Of a DNA stretch of 64,000 bases, positions 42,439 to 53,726 are shown in pieces; the stretch's first letter is position 1, and the number at the start of each line of letters is the position of its first letter. A program made the translations under genes and the position numbers. The notes beneath the pieces were generated by a model that was not told where the DNA came from, did not search any database, and saw only the letters and a list, made by a program, of their open reading frames with translations. Source of the DNA: an uncultured Acidobacteriota bacterium (GTDB taxonomy: Bacteria > Acidobacteriota > Terriglobia > Acidiferrales > UBA7541); assembly GCA_963794175.1 (NCBI GenBank), contig CAWCCV010000022.1, positions 9,958 through 73,957 on the forward strand. Direction: 5' to 3'.

Positions 42439-43743
42439 ATGAGGATGAATACGAAACGAGCAGGACGAAGGGCACTGTGGATTGTCGCCGTTTGCATGGG
42501 GGGCATGATTTGCTTACCCGCGCAGCCTTGTTTTGCGTACTCGGTGCTATCCCATCAAGCAATCATTGATGCCACCTGGGAAGAGAACATCGAGCCGGCG
42601 TTGCTTACAAAATTCCCGAATGCAACTCCCGAGGAACTCAGTGCCGCGCAGGCATATGCCTACGGCGGGGCGATTATTCAGGATTTGGGCTACTACCCGC
42701 ACGGCGACCGCCTTTTTAGCGATTTGACCCACTACGTGCGCAGCGGAGATTTTATTCTGGCTCTGCTCCGCGATGCGAGCGACATCTACGAATACAGTTT
42801 TGCATTGGGGGCCCTGGCCCACTATGCAGCGGATAACAACGGACACCGCATCGGAACGAATCGCGCCGTTCCGCTGCTTTATCCGGCACTGAAGAAAAAA
42901 TATGGCGACGTCGTGACATACGAAGAAGACAAGCTGGCTCACTCCAAAACGGAATTTGGATTTGACGTTCTGGAAGTGGCCAAAGAACGGTTTGCACCTG
43001 AGAGCTACCACGACTTCATCGGCTTTGAGGTCGCCACAAGAGTTTTGGAGCAAGCGTTTCTGGAAACCTACGGCTTGGAGCTAAAGTCAGTCTTGCTTAA
43101 CGAGGATCAGGCGCTCAGGTCTTACCGGAACGCGGTTAGGGATCTTTTTCCAAAGGCAACGCGGATCGCCTGGCATTTGAAAAAGGACGAAATCCAGGAC
43201 GATGCGCCTGGAATGACGAAGCGCAAATTCCTATACAACCTGAAGCGTTCGAATTTTGAAAAAGAATGGGGCAAGGACTACAAAAAGCCGAATGCTGGCG
43301 AAAAAATTCTTGCGTTTATCTACGTGCTCTTGCCCAAGTGGGGGCCGCTGAGAGTTTTGCAATTCCGGACGCCAACGCCGGAAACGGAACGATTTTTTGA
43401 AGCCAGTTTTAACGCTACGCTGGATCGCTACCGCGAGTTGCTGCGCGCGCAACAAGCGGGCACCTTAAAAGTGCCGAATGACAATTTCGATGTTGGTACG
43501 GATACCGGCCCTGGCAAATACAAAATGAATGATGAAGCCCACGCCGAACTGGTGGACCGCCTCGCCGACCGGAAATTCGCCGGCGCGTCGCCAGAGATGA
43601 TCGCGGAATTGCGCGAATTTTACGTTGACCCGAGCCTCCCCTACGCCAACAAAAAAGACCGCAAAGCCCAAGCAAAGCTGCACGCAGCACTCGCTCAGTT
43701 GAAGCTGGTCAATACGCCGGAGCATTTGGTCGGAGCAAACTAG
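42439..43743 (+). CDS. Zinc-dependent phospholipase C family protein
   Basis: Signal peptide then YSVLSH, DLGYYP, DLTHY, LAHYAAD..GH, H..TE..FD. Confidence 0.82.
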   Translation: MRMNTKRAGRRALWIVAVCMGGMICLPAQPCFAYSVLSHQAIIDATWEENIEPALLTKFPNATPEELSAAQAYAYGGAIIQDLGYYPHGDRLFSDLTHYVRSGDFILALLRDASDIYEYSFALGALAHYAADNNGHRIGTNRAVPLLYPALKKKYGDVVTYEEDKLAHSKTEFGFDVLEVAKERFAPESYHDFIGFEVATRVLEQAFLETYGLELKSVLLNEDQALRSYRNAVRDLFPKATRIAWHLKKDEIQDDAPGMTKRKFLYNLKRSNFEKEWGKDYKKPNAGEKILAFIYVLLPKWGPLRVLQFRTPTPETERFFEASFNATLDRYRELLRAQQAGTLKVPNDNFDVGTDTGPGKYKMNDEAHAELVDRLADRKFAGASPEMIAELREFYVDPSLPYANKKDRKAQAKLHAALAQLKLVNTPEHLVGAN

Positions 43744-43873
43744 CGCTAAAAGCGGCACAAGAACCGGTAATATCAATTTCCTGATTTTGTTAAATCGAAA
43801 AAACTGCTGTAGTGCTACGCCGCCGCCATGAAAGAATGGTCGGCTGCACCCGGCGGAGTGTGCGTGCGCGAGC

Positions 43874-46800
43874 ATGGCCAAGAGCCGCAAAATCGAAAAA
43901 CTTCTGGCGGCGAATCGTAGCGAGATCGCGATTCGAATCTTCCGCGCGGCCAACGAACTTGGACTGCGCACCGTCGCCATCTATTCGAACGAAGACCGCC
44001 TCGCCCTCCACCGCTTCAAAGCCGACGAAGCCTATCTGATCGGCAAGGGCAAAGGCCCGGTCGAAGCCTATCTCGACATCGCGGGAATCGTCGCAGTCGC
44101 AAAATCCAAGGGCGTGGACGCAATTCATCCCGGCTACGGCTTTTTGTCGGAGAATGCTGCCTTCGCGCGCGCGTGCGAAAAAGCCGGAATCACCTTCATC
44201 GGCCCCACGCCGGACCTCCTCGAATTGCTCGGCGACAAAACTGCCGCGCGGCGCCTTGCGCAATCGGCGGGCGTTCCTGTGCTGCCGGGAACAGAAAATC
44301 CCGTGAAGTCCATCGCCGAAGCAAAAAAGATCGCTGCGGAAATCGGTTATCCCGTCATAGTGAAAGCCGCGATGGGTGGGGGCGGCCGCGGCATGCGCGT
44401 CGTCCGTGAAGAATCCGAACTCGAAGCGCGCATTGAAGAAGCCCAGAGCGAAGCCAGATCCGCGTTCGGCGACGCTTCCGTATTCCTGGAAAAATTCCTT
44501 CCTTGTGCCCGGCACATCGAAGTGCAAATTCTCGCCGACCATCACGGCAACTTGTTGCATCTCTATGAACGCGATTGCTCCGTCCAGCGCCGCCATCAAA
44601 AAGTTGTGGAGCTTGCTCCCGCCACAAATTTGCCGGCCAGTATTCGCAGCGAACTTTGCGGCGCCGCCATTGACCTCGCGCGCAAAGCGAAATACCGCAA
44701 CGCAGGTACCGTCGAATTTCTTTACGACGTCGACGCCAAGAAGTGGTATTTCATCGAAGTGAATCCGCGCATCCAGGTCGAACACACCGTAACCGAAATG
44801 GTCACAGGCATCGACCTTGTCCGCGCACAAATTCTTGTCGCGCAAGGCCACAAACTCCACGACGAAACGATGTCGCTCCCGCAGCAGGAAAAAGTCCCGC
44901 TTTACGGCGCAGCGCTGCAATGCCGAGTTACCACGGAAGACCCCGAAAAGAATTTCGCGCCCGACTACGGAAAGCTAACCACCTATCGCTCCCCCGCCGG
45001 CTTCGGAATCCGTCTCGACGGCGGCACGGCCTACGCAGGCGCATCGCTAGCGCCTTACTACGATTCTCTCCTGGTCAAAGTAACCGCCTGGGGCACAAAT
45101 CTCCGCGAAGCCTGCCAGCGCATGGATCGCGCGCTTCGCGAATTTCGCATTCGCGGCGTGAAGACGAATATTCCGTTCGTCGAAAACGTGGTGAATCACC
45201 CGAACTTTCGCAGCGGAGAAGTCACCACCGGATTTCTCGAGCAGCATCCCGAACTTTTCCGCTTTCCAAAACGCGGCGACCGCGCCACAAAACTTCTTTC
45301 CTACCTAGGCGACGTGATTCTCAACGGCAACCCCGAAGTGAAAGGGAAGAAACCTCCCGAAAATGTGGAAGCCGCCACGCTGCCAAGAGTCCCCGGTATC
45401 GAATCGCCAAAAGGCACGCGTCAGCTTCTGCAAAAATTGGGCCCGGCCAAATTCGCTGCATGGGCGAAAAAAGAAAAGCGTCTGCTCATCACGGATACCA
45501 CGCTCCGTGACGCGCATCAATCCCTCATGGCCACGCGAGTTCGCACCTATGATCTCCTCGCCACCGCGACCGCAATTTCCCAGCGACTACCAAATCTGTT
45601 CAGCTTGGAAATGTGGGGCGGCGCTACTTTCGACACAGCTCTGCGTTTCCTCCACGAAGATCCTTGGCAGCGCCTCCGCGCCCTCCGCGAACGAGTGCCA
45701 AACATTTGCTTCCAGATGCTCCTGCGTGGCGCAAACGCAGTCGGCTACGCCTCCTATCCCGACAACGTAATTCGCGAATTTGTCAAGGAAGCGCACGCGG
45801 AAGGCATGGACATCTTCCGCGTCTTCGATTCGCTCAACTCAATCGACAACATGCGCGTCTCGCTCGACGCTGTCCTCGAATCCGGCGCCGTTTGCGAAGG
45901 CGCCATCTGTTACACCGGCGACATTCTCGACAAATCCCGCCCTAAATATTCGTTGAAGTATTACGTCGCGCTCGCCAAGCAACTCGAAAAAATCGGCGTC
46001 CACTTTCTCGCCATCAAAGACATGGCCGGACTCTGCCGTCCTTTCGCCGCATTTGAATTGGTCAAACGGCTCAAGCAAGAAGTCGACCTCCCGATCCACT
46101 TCCACACCCACGATACCAGTGGCATTAACGCTGCTTCCGTACTGAAAGCCTCCGAAGCCGGCGTGGACATCGCCGACGCCGCGGTCTCCTCCATGAGCGG
46201 CGGCACAAGCCAGCCCAATCTGAACGCCATCGTCGCCTCGCTCAAAAGCACGCCGCGCGACACAACTCTCGACCTCGAAGCGCTCAACGAATGCTCCGAT
46301 TATTGGGAAACCGTCCGCACTTACTACGCGCCATTCGACTCCGGCCCCAAAGCCGGCTCCGCGCGCCTCTACGAGCACGAAATCCCCGGCGGCCAATACA
46401 CGAATCTCCGCGAACAGGCGGCGGGCATGGGCCTCGGCCATCGCTGGCGTGAAGTAGAAAAAATGTTCGCCGAAGTGAATCAACTCTTCGGCGACATCGT
46501 GAAAGTCACTCCATCCAGCAAAGTCGTCGGCGACATGACGCTCTTCCTCATGGCAAAGGAAATGAAGCCCGCCGACGTTCTAAGCTCGACGAAAAGCACG
46601 ACGTGTCGTTTCCCAATTCCGTCGTCGAAATGTTGTCAGGCGTCCTCGGCGTTCCGCCCGGCGGCTGGCCCAAGAAAGCTGCAGAAAATCATTCTGCGCG
46701 GCGAAGCCCCGCTCAAAGGCCGCCCCAGCGCCAATCTCTCACCCGCAGATTTCACCGCGGAAAAAGAATCGCTGGAAAAGAAAACCGGCCACGTAATCTC

Positions 46801-47332
46801 GAAAGAAGATCTCCTCAGCTATCTTCTCTATCCGGAAGTATTCACGAAATTCGACAAGTTCCGCCAGACCTATTCCGATGTCAGCGTTCTCCCCACGCCC
46901 GCCTTTTTTTATGGCCTCAAGTCCGGCGAAGAAATCACCATCGAAATCGAAGCCGGAAAAACGCTCATCGTAAAATTTCTGACCGCCAGCGAACCGCATC
47001 CCGATGGCACCCGTACGCTTTTTTTCGAATTGAACGGCCAATCGCGCGAAGTGAATGTGCGCGACAAAGCGCTGCGCGTCATCGAGCGCGCGCATCCGAA
47101 AGCCGACCCCGCCGAGTCCGGGCAAGTCGGCGCGCCAACGGCCGGCGTGATCACCGGAATCGCCGTGCAGGCGAATCAAGCGGTCGAACGCGGTGCTAAA
47201 CTAATGACACTCGAAGCGATGAAGATGCAATCGAATATTTACGCGCCAATTTCGGGGCGCATCGTAAAGCTGCTGGTTGCTCCCGGGCAAAGCGTGGAAG
47301 CCAAAGACCTGCTGGTGACGATCGCGCCGTGA
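43874..47332 (+). CDS. pyc: Pyruvate carboxylase
   Basis: ANRSEIA, HPGYGFLSEN, RDAHQS, WGGATFD, AMKM biotin site; compensated frameshift about 46585-46675. Confidence 0.97.
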   Translation: MAKSRKIEKLLAANRSEIAIRIFRAANELGLRTVAIYSNEDRLALHRFKADEAYLIGKGKGPVEAYLDIAGIVAVAKSKGVDAIHPGYGFLSENAAFARACEKAGITFIGPTPDLLELLGDKTAARRLAQSAGVPVLPGTENPVKSIAEAKKIAAEIGYPVIVKAAMGGGGRGMRVVREESELEARIEEAQSEARSAFGDASVFLEKFLPCARHIEVQILADHHGNLLHLYERDCSVQRRHQKVVELAPATNLPASIRSELCGAAIDLARKAKYRNAGTVEFLYDVDAKKWYFIEVNPRIQVEHTVTEMVTGIDLVRAQILVAQGHKLHDETMSLPQQEKVPLYGAALQCRVTTEDPEKNFAPDYGKLTTYRSPAGFGIRLDGGTAYAGASLAPYYDSLLVKVTAWGTNLREACQRMDRALREFRIRGVKTNIPFVENVVNHPNFRSGEVTTGFLEQHPELFRFPKRGDRATKLLSYLGDVILNGNPEVKGKKPPENVEAATLPRVPGIESPKGTRQLLQKLGPAKFAAWAKKEKRLLITDTTLRDAHQSLMATRVRTYDLLATATAISQRLPNLFSLEMWGGATFDTALRFLHEDPWQRLRALRERVPNICFQMLLRGANAVGYASYPDNVIREFVKEAHAEGMDIFRVFDSLNSIDNMRVSLDAVLESGAVCEGAICYTGDILDKSRPKYSLKYYVALAKQLEKIGVHFLAIKDMAGLCRPFAAFELVKRLKQEVDLPIHFHTHDTSGINAASVLKASEAGVDIADAAVSSMSGGTSQPNLNAIVASLKSTPRDTTLDLEALNECSDYWETVRTYYAPFDSGPKAGSARLYEHEIPGGQYTNLREQAAGMGLGHRWREVEKMFAEVNQLFGDIVKVTPSSKVVGDMTLFLMAKEMKPADVLSSTKSTTCRFPIPSSKCCQASSAFRPAAGPRKLQKIILRGEAPLKGRPSANLSPADFTAEKESLEKKTGHVISKEDLLSYLLYPEVFTKFDKFRQTYSDVSVLPTPAFFYGLKSGEEITIEIEAGKTLIVKFLTASEPHPDGTRTLFFELNGQSREVNVRDKALRVIERAHPKADPAESGQVGAPTAGVITGIAVQANQAVERGAKLMTLEAMKMQSNIYAPISGRIVKLLVAPGQSVEAKDLLVTIAP

Positions 47333-48101
47333 GCGCCGGACAACTCCGCAAACACGAACAATTTCCTTCGCGGTTCCTCCGCAACTCGCGCGGCCTCGTC
47401 GTATATCTCCCTCCGGGCTATGACGATCAACCCGAGCGCCACTTTCCCGTCCTCTATCTTCACGACGGCCAGAATCTTTTCGATGGCCGCACGTCATACG
47501 TCCCCGGCATGGATTGGCACGTCGGCGATACCGCGGATGCCTCCATCCTCGCCGGCCGCGCTGAACCGATGATTATCGTCGGCATTTACAACACGGAAAA
47601 TCACGCATCGGCGAGTACACGCCGACTCGCGTTCCCAGACTCGGCGGCGGCCGCGCGGATCGCTACGGAAAATTTCTGCTCAACGAAGTGATGCCGTTCA
47701 TTCAAGCGGCCTATCGCGTCGAGCGCGGCCCTTGGCGCACCGGAATCGGCGGCTCTTCGCTCGGCGGTCTTGTCAGCCTCTATCTCGGCCTGCGCATGCC
47801 GGAAGTGTTCGGAAAAATTGCTGCGCTCTCTCCGTCCGTCTGGTGGAATCACCGCGTCATCGTGCGCTTCGCCCAGGCCAGTGTCCCTGAGCCGCGCCCG
47901 CGCATCTGGCTCGACATTGGCACCCGCGAAGGCCCGCGCATCGTGGACGACGTGGAAATGTTGCGCGACGTGCTCATGCAAAAAGGCTGGCGGCCCGATC
48001 AAGATCTTCATTACGAGCGCGTGGAAGGCGCGGAGCACAACGAAGCAGCCTGGGCCCAGCGCGTTCGGCCCTTCCTCGAGTTTTTGTATCCCGTGAGGTA
48101 A
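47329..48101 (+). CDS. Alpha/beta hydrolase-fold esterase (frameshift near 47600)
   Basis: VYLPPGY, YLHDGQN, GSSLGG nucleophile, HNEAAW; GTG start overlaps pyc stop. Confidence 0.88.
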
Positions 48102-48171
48102 TTGCAGAGTATACTGCGCGCCCTAAAGTTTTTGCGGCTTGCAGTGCGGGTCCCCGGTGGAGAACAACCCA

Positions 48172-49375
48172 ATGGCAGAGCGGCCCCTCACAATTCTCTG
48201 CGTCAGCTCCTACGAAAAAGGTCAGGAATTTCTGCGCACCTGCAAGCGCATCGGTTGCCGCGTGCTGCTGCTCACCGTCGAAAAACTCCGCAATGGCGAC
48301 TGGCCCCGCGACGCGATTGACGAAATGTTCTTCATGCCGGAAGAATTGCCGCTGGCCAAGCTGATCAATGCGGTCAGTTACGCCGCGCGCAATCAGAAAA
48401 TCGACCGCATCGTGGCCCTCGACGAATTTGACATGGAAAATGTCTCGGCCCTGCGCGAGCATCTGCGCATTCCCGGCATGGGGCTCACAACCGTTCGTTA
48501 TTTCCGCGACAAACTGGCGATGCGCGCTCGCGCCAAAGAAGAGGGCGTGCTCGTGCCCGAATTTGTCCACGTTCTGAACCACAACGAGTTGCGCGAATTC
48601 ATGGCCCGCGTGCCCGGCCCTTGGCTGTTGAAACCGCGCTCGCAAGCCTCCGGTATCGGCATGAAGAAGATTCACGCGCCGGACGAACTCTGGCCCTGGC
48701 TCGATCGTCTCGGCGACGATCAGTCGTCCTATTTGCTCGAACAATTTATTCCGGGCAGTGTTTTCCACGTGGACAGCGTCGTAAGCGACCGTGAAGTTCT
48801 CTTTGCGGAAGCGCATGCCTATGGCGCGCCACCGCTCGATGTCTCGCACGGCGGCGGAGTTTTCACGACGCGCACCCTGCCACGCGAAGCGCCGGAAACT
48901 CTTCAGCTGAAGGAACTGAATCGCAATCTGATGCACGTGCTTGGATTGATGCGCGGCGTAACCCACGCCGAATTCCTGAAAGCGCATGCTACAGGGCAAA
49001 TTTTATTTCCTGGAAATTGCCGCTCGAGTCGGCGGAGCCTACATCTCTGACGTTATCGAAACCGCCACCGGCATAAATCTCTGGCGCGAATGGGCCAAAC
49101 TCGAAGTCGGGGCGGGGAAGGAGCCTTACGAACTTCCCCATCCGTCCCACGACTATGCCGGCGTAATTCTTTCTCTCGCACGCCAGGAAAATCCCGATAC
49201 TTCCGCTTACAACGATCCGGAAATCTCTTATCGCGTCAAAGAAATATCACCACGCGGGTTTTATTTTGAAATCGGAGCATGAACAGCGAGTGCGCGAGCT
49301 TCTGGATTCCTACGCGCGGAGATTTCAGTGGATTTTCTCGCGAGCCAGCCGGTGCCGGATAAGCCGACGTCCTGA
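48172..49375 (+). CDS. ATP-grasp domain protein (frameshifted in 3' third)
   Basis: [40 protein letters not shown]. Confidence 0.85.
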
Positions 49376-49634
49376 TGCTCAGCCCGTTCTCGGCCTACAT
49401 AATATTAACCGCTACGTTTATTAATCAGAAGTGCGGACCGGCAGTTCCTCAATGTCCTCCTTCGGGCGACAGCAATGAGTCGGTTGGGACAGTTCTATAC
49501 CTGTCCTTAAGGGTAGTTACTTTCACGCACGGTTTATTGATACGTTGTTTGCCCGGGATGTCGCTTGGGACTACATTCTGGAATACCCCAGCAGGGAATC
49601 CGCATGGGGCAAGCTGTCCCTTGGGAGAAGTCCG

Positions 49635-50192
49635 ATGTGGGGTAATCAAAAAAAACCGGAAACGCCGCAAGTCGCGCCACCGGAGTCGAAAAATTTTCCA
49701 GTGAATCAGCCGCCGAAGACCGCTCCGGCGACTTGGGAGGGAACAAACGCTATGAGTACAGATGCTCTGCGACCAATGGGTGCGACGGCGGACCGTGCGA
49801 CAGCGCGGCTCGGACCGAGTCTCCATATCAAGGGCGAAATCTCCGGTAACGAAGATCTGCTGATTGACGGATCGGTCGAAGGACTGATTCAGCTCGATGA
49901 GCGGAAACTTACCGTCGGAGCCACCGCAAAGTTGACTGCCGATATCATCGCCCGCGAGGTGGTGGTGTACGGCAGCGTGAAGGGAAATCTTCGCGCGAAA
50001 GACCGCATCGAAATCAAGAAAGACGGTTCCGTGAATGGCGACCTGACGACCGCGCGAATCAGCATCGAAGATGGCGCGTACTTCAAGGGCTCCATCGAAA
50101 TCGACAAGAGCGCGGAAAAGGAATCCGGCAGCAGCGCGTTTTCCAAGTCGTCCTCGACCGCGGCGGCGACGGCCGGCCCGAAGACGATCTAA
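49635..50192 (+). CDS. Bactofilin (polymer-forming cytoskeletal protein)
   Basis: IKGEISG.EDL.IDG.VEG, V.G.VKGN, G.V.GD, IEDGA.FKG.I beta-helix repeats. Confidence 0.92.
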   Translation: MWGNQKKPETPQVAPPESKNFPVNQPPKTAPATWEGTNAMSTDALRPMGATADRATARLGPSLHIKGEISGNEDLLIDGSVEGLIQLDERKLTVGATAKLTADIIAREVVVYGSVKGNLRAKDRIEIKKDGSVNGDLTTARISIEDGAYFKGSIEIDKSAEKESGSSAFSKSSSTAAATAGPKTI

Positions 50193-50217
50193 CGTTTCAC
50201 CACCGGTAGCTTTTGCG

Positions 50218-50254
50218 GCGGCGCGAATGCAAAGTTCGCGCCGCTCTTCTTTTT
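50218..50254 (+). terminator. Rho-independent terminator
   Basis: GCGGCGCGAA/TTCGCGCCGC 10-bp stem, TCTTCTTTTT tail. Confidence 0.75.
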
Positions 50255-50475
50255 ATCGCCTCGCTCGCTCGACCACCTCATTTATGTATTTATTATATTT
50301 ACAAGTCTATAATATACTAATATTGTAGTGCCCGTTTCGCTCGCCGCCTTCAACGCAAACTAACCGCGCTCCAACAAGAAACTTCTTTTCATTGGCACGC
50401 CTCTAACCTTTCCCTAGAATGTTCAGCGAACTCAAGCGCCGATCCCGCCGGGAATCTCCGGCACAGGACACAACT

Positions 50476-51444
50476 ATGCAAACAAGAAAACTTGGCAACT
50501 CAGATCTGCAAATCACGCGCATCGGATTCGGGGCATGGGCCGCCGGTGGCGCTGGCTGGGAATTTTCCTGGGGTCCGCAGGACGACGCCGATTCCATCGC
50601 CGCAATTCATCGCGCACTCGAAAATGGAGTCAACTGGATAGACACCGCCGCCGTTTACGGCCTCGGCCACTCGGAAGAAGTTGTCGCCCGCGCGCTCAAG
50701 AATTGGCGAGGCGCAAAGCCCTACATTTTTACGAAGTGCGTCCTGACCTGGGATGCAGCAGGAAAGTCATCCCCAATCACTCCGCAGCCTCGGTCCGCGA
50801 AGAATGTGAAAACAGTCTCAGCCGTCTTCAAGTCGGCGTAATCGATCTCTACCAAATGCACTGGCCGCCGCGCGACAACGGCCCGCAACTCGAAGAAGCC
50901 TGGCAAACCATGGCCGCTCTCCAAAAAGAAGGCAAAGTCCGGTGGATCGGCGTTTCAAATTTCGACGCCGCACAAATGCGTCGCGCGCAAGCCAATCGCC
51001 CCCGTCACTTCGAATCAGCCGCCCTATTCCATGATTCGCCGCGCAATCGAAACGGAAAATCTTCCGTTCTGCCTCCAGCAGGGAATCGGCACCGTCAGCT
51101 ACGCCCCGATGGCTTCCGGCCTTCTCACCGGCAGCATGACGCGCGAACGCGCCGCTTCACTTCCCGCCGAAGATTTCCGCTCGCGCAATCCCGAATTTCG
51201 CGAACCGAAGCTCTCGAAGAATATAGAGCTGGTTGAGCGTCTGACAAAAGTTGGCGCGCGTCACGGCCGCGGCCCCGGCGAAGTCGCCATCGCTTGGGTG
51301 CTCAAAAATCCAGCCATCACCGGCGCCATCGTCGGTTCACGCAGCGCAAAACAAATCGAAGGCATTATCGGCGCAGCGGATCTAAAACTTTCGCCGGAAG
51401 AAATCTCGGAAATCGAAGGAGCGGCAGCAGCCGTAGCGCATTAG
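50476..51444 (+). CDS. Aldo/keto reductase (two frameshifts)
   Basis: IGFGAW, DTAAVYG.G.SE, TKC, IDLYQMHWP, IGVSNF, YAPMASGLL. Confidence 0.9.
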
Positions 51445-51454
51445 CGCGCACCTG

Positions 51455-51889
51455 TTAGGCCCGCAGATGATCTGCTCGCCAGTTCTTCACCATCTGCTTG
51501 ATCTGCTTGCGTTCTCTCAGCTTTTCATCCAGCACTTTGCGCGCAAGTCCCGGCAATTCCGCGTCGCTAGCAAATCGCAGCGCCACAACCTGCGAAATCG
51601 CGAACTCGTCATACCGCGCGCTCAAATCCGCGGGCAGCAGCCGCTCAAATCGCAGCCGCTCCTCCAGCCGGATCACGCGATCCTGCACCGCCAGCGCAAA
51701 CAGCCGCGCGCAAAACAGCGACGCAAGCAGCGCCGCCGCTACAATCACGTTCACAAATCCATCAATCGAGAAGTGTGAAGTCCACAGCCGGTAGCAAGTC
51801 CACAAAAAATAAAACCCCAGCACCGGCAATGCAAAAAAATGGAACAGCGGCACAAGTTTTCCGTGATTCGCGTAATTCTGTTCGTCCAT
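51455..51889 (-). CDS. DUF6526-like small membrane protein
   Basis: QNYANH...P.FHF, two TM helices, QDRVIRLEERLR, ALRFASD.EL, WRADHLR. Confidence 0.75.
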   Translation of the reverse strand: MDEQNYANHGKLVPLFHFFALPVLGFYFLWTCYRLWTSHFSIDGFVNVIVAAALLASLFCARLFALAVQDRVIRLEERLRFERLLPADLSARYDEFAISQVVALRFASDAELPGLARKVLDEKLRERKQIKQMVKNWRADHLRA

Positions 51890-52014
51890 CGAGATTCTCC
51901 CCTCAAGCTTGTGTAACTTTATGGATGCAAACGCAATCTGATTCGTTAGATGCGCGTGACAAGAATTGTGCCCCATGCGGGCGTGCTGGCACCAGCGCAG
52001 AGAAAGAGAACCAA

Positions 52015-52299
52015 ATGCCGAAAGCTTATTGGTCCGGAAAACTCATCGCAGACAGCGACGCCTGCGTCGTCGTCGAAGGAAATCAATATTTCCCGCTCGA
52101 ATCTGTCAAAAAGGAATTTCTAAAGCCGAGCAATCACACCACCGTCTGCCCGTGGAAGGGAACCGCCCACTACTACAATCTCGAAGTCGACGGCCTAAAA
52201 AACGAAAACGCCGTCTGGTATTACCCCGAGCCCAGCGAAGCCGCAAAACAAATCCGCGGCCGAGTAGCTTTCTGGAAAGGCGTTCGCGTCGAAGCCTGA
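52015..52299 (+). CDS. DUF427 domain protein
   Basis: VEGN.YFP, CPWKG.A.YY, AVWYYP.P, VAFWKGV. Confidence 0.9.
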   Translation: MPKAYWSGKLIADSDACVVVEGNQYFPLESVKKEFLKPSNHTTVCPWKGTAHYYNLEVDGLKNENAVWYYPEPSEAAKQIRGRVAFWKGVRVEA

Positions 52300-52310
52300 A
52301 CGTTCTCGCG

Positions 52311-53631
52311 CTACTTCCCGCTTATTTCATTCTTGAACACCGAACCGTCATGCATTACGAACTTCACTTTCTTCAGCTCGTTGATGTCCTTCAGCGGATC
52401 GCCGCTCACCGCCACGATGTCCGCATAGGCCCCCGGCGCAATCACGCCGATTTCGCCCTGCATCTCCAGCATTTCCGCCGCCCGCGAAGTCGCCGCTTGA
52501 ATCGCGCCCATCGGCGTAAATCCAAACTTCACCATGTATTCGAACTCTTCGCGCCATCGGTTCCGTCCACGGAATTCCGCCGATGTCGGTTCCAAACACC
52601 GTCTTCACTCCCGCCTTCGCCGCCTTCTGCAAGGAAATTTCATGGTCCGCCGCCCGCTTCCGATCCCGCTTGCCCTGCGGAGTATTCTCCGCGGCCCAAT
52701 CGCCATAATAAGGAGCCATCGTCGGGCAATACCACGTTCCCTGTTTCAGCATTTGCGTAACGTGCGCGTCGGTCAGTTGCAGTCCGTGTTCCAGCGAATC
52801 GCACCCGCCGTCCAGCGCGCGTTGCAATCCGATCCCGCTGTAGGCATGGCAAGCCACCTTTTTGCCCCACCCATGCGCCTCATCCACAATGGCTTTCAAC
52901 TCCTCCACCGTCAGCGTCGGCTGCGAAATCAATTCACCTTTTTTTCCCACCCACGAACGATGCGTCATGTACACCTTGATCCAGTCCGCGCCGTGTTCCA
53001 GCTGCTCGCGTGCCGCCTTCCGCGCTTCCACTGGTCCATCCACAATCTGCACGCCCTTTGGCATCGCCAGTTCCGGCGCGTAACCTTCCAGGTTGTATCC
53101 ACCGGTCGTCGATATTCCGCGCGTCGAAGCAAAAATCCGCGGCCCGGGAATCGTCCCTTCTTCAATCGCTTCCTTGATCTCCACGTCGCCGTAGCCCGCG
53201 CCCTCAGTTTCCAGATCGCGAATCGTCGTAAAACCCTGCTCCAGCGCCCGTTTGCACGCATACGTTGCTCGCGCTGCTCGCAGCGCAATTCCCGCCTTCA
53301 AAATATTCGCGTCGTATCCGCCCTTGTCCGGATCCTCGCCCCATAGAAAAATGTGCGTGTGCGAGTCAATCAGCCCGGGCAGGATGGTCTCCTTCGATAG
53401 ATCGATCACCCGGGCGTCAGCCGGAATCGTCTCGCCCGCGTTCGTCACCTTTTCAATCTTTTTCCTGCGCACAAAAATCAACTGATTCGCCCGCGCCGAA
53501 TTGCTCGTCCCGTCAATCAAACTTCCGGCGCGAATCACCGTCAGTTTCGCGTCATCTTTGCTGGCTTCTTGTGCTGCGACAAAACCGCACGCCACCGACG
53601 CGACAATACAACTCAAAATCACTTTGCGCAT
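52311..53631 (-). CDS. Secreted metal-dependent amidohydrolase (frameshift near 52550)
   Basis: PGLIDSHTH, GFTTIRD, ACHA, EHG, FGTD, G.YADIVAV.GDP. Confidence 0.9.
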
Positions 53632-53726
53632 TATTCCCTCCCGATTCCCGCCGCGTAGCTTGCCGCAAACCTCTCCCGCTTGGCAACCGTTCTCCGCGGC
53701 ATCTCGATGTGTGGTACACCTTGAAT

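Noticed and set aside
50392-50410. TTGGCACG sigma54-like -24 element (also at 42312)
   Set aside because: No GC at -12 at 50392; only AAGC rather than TTGC at 42312, where it also overlaps a start codon
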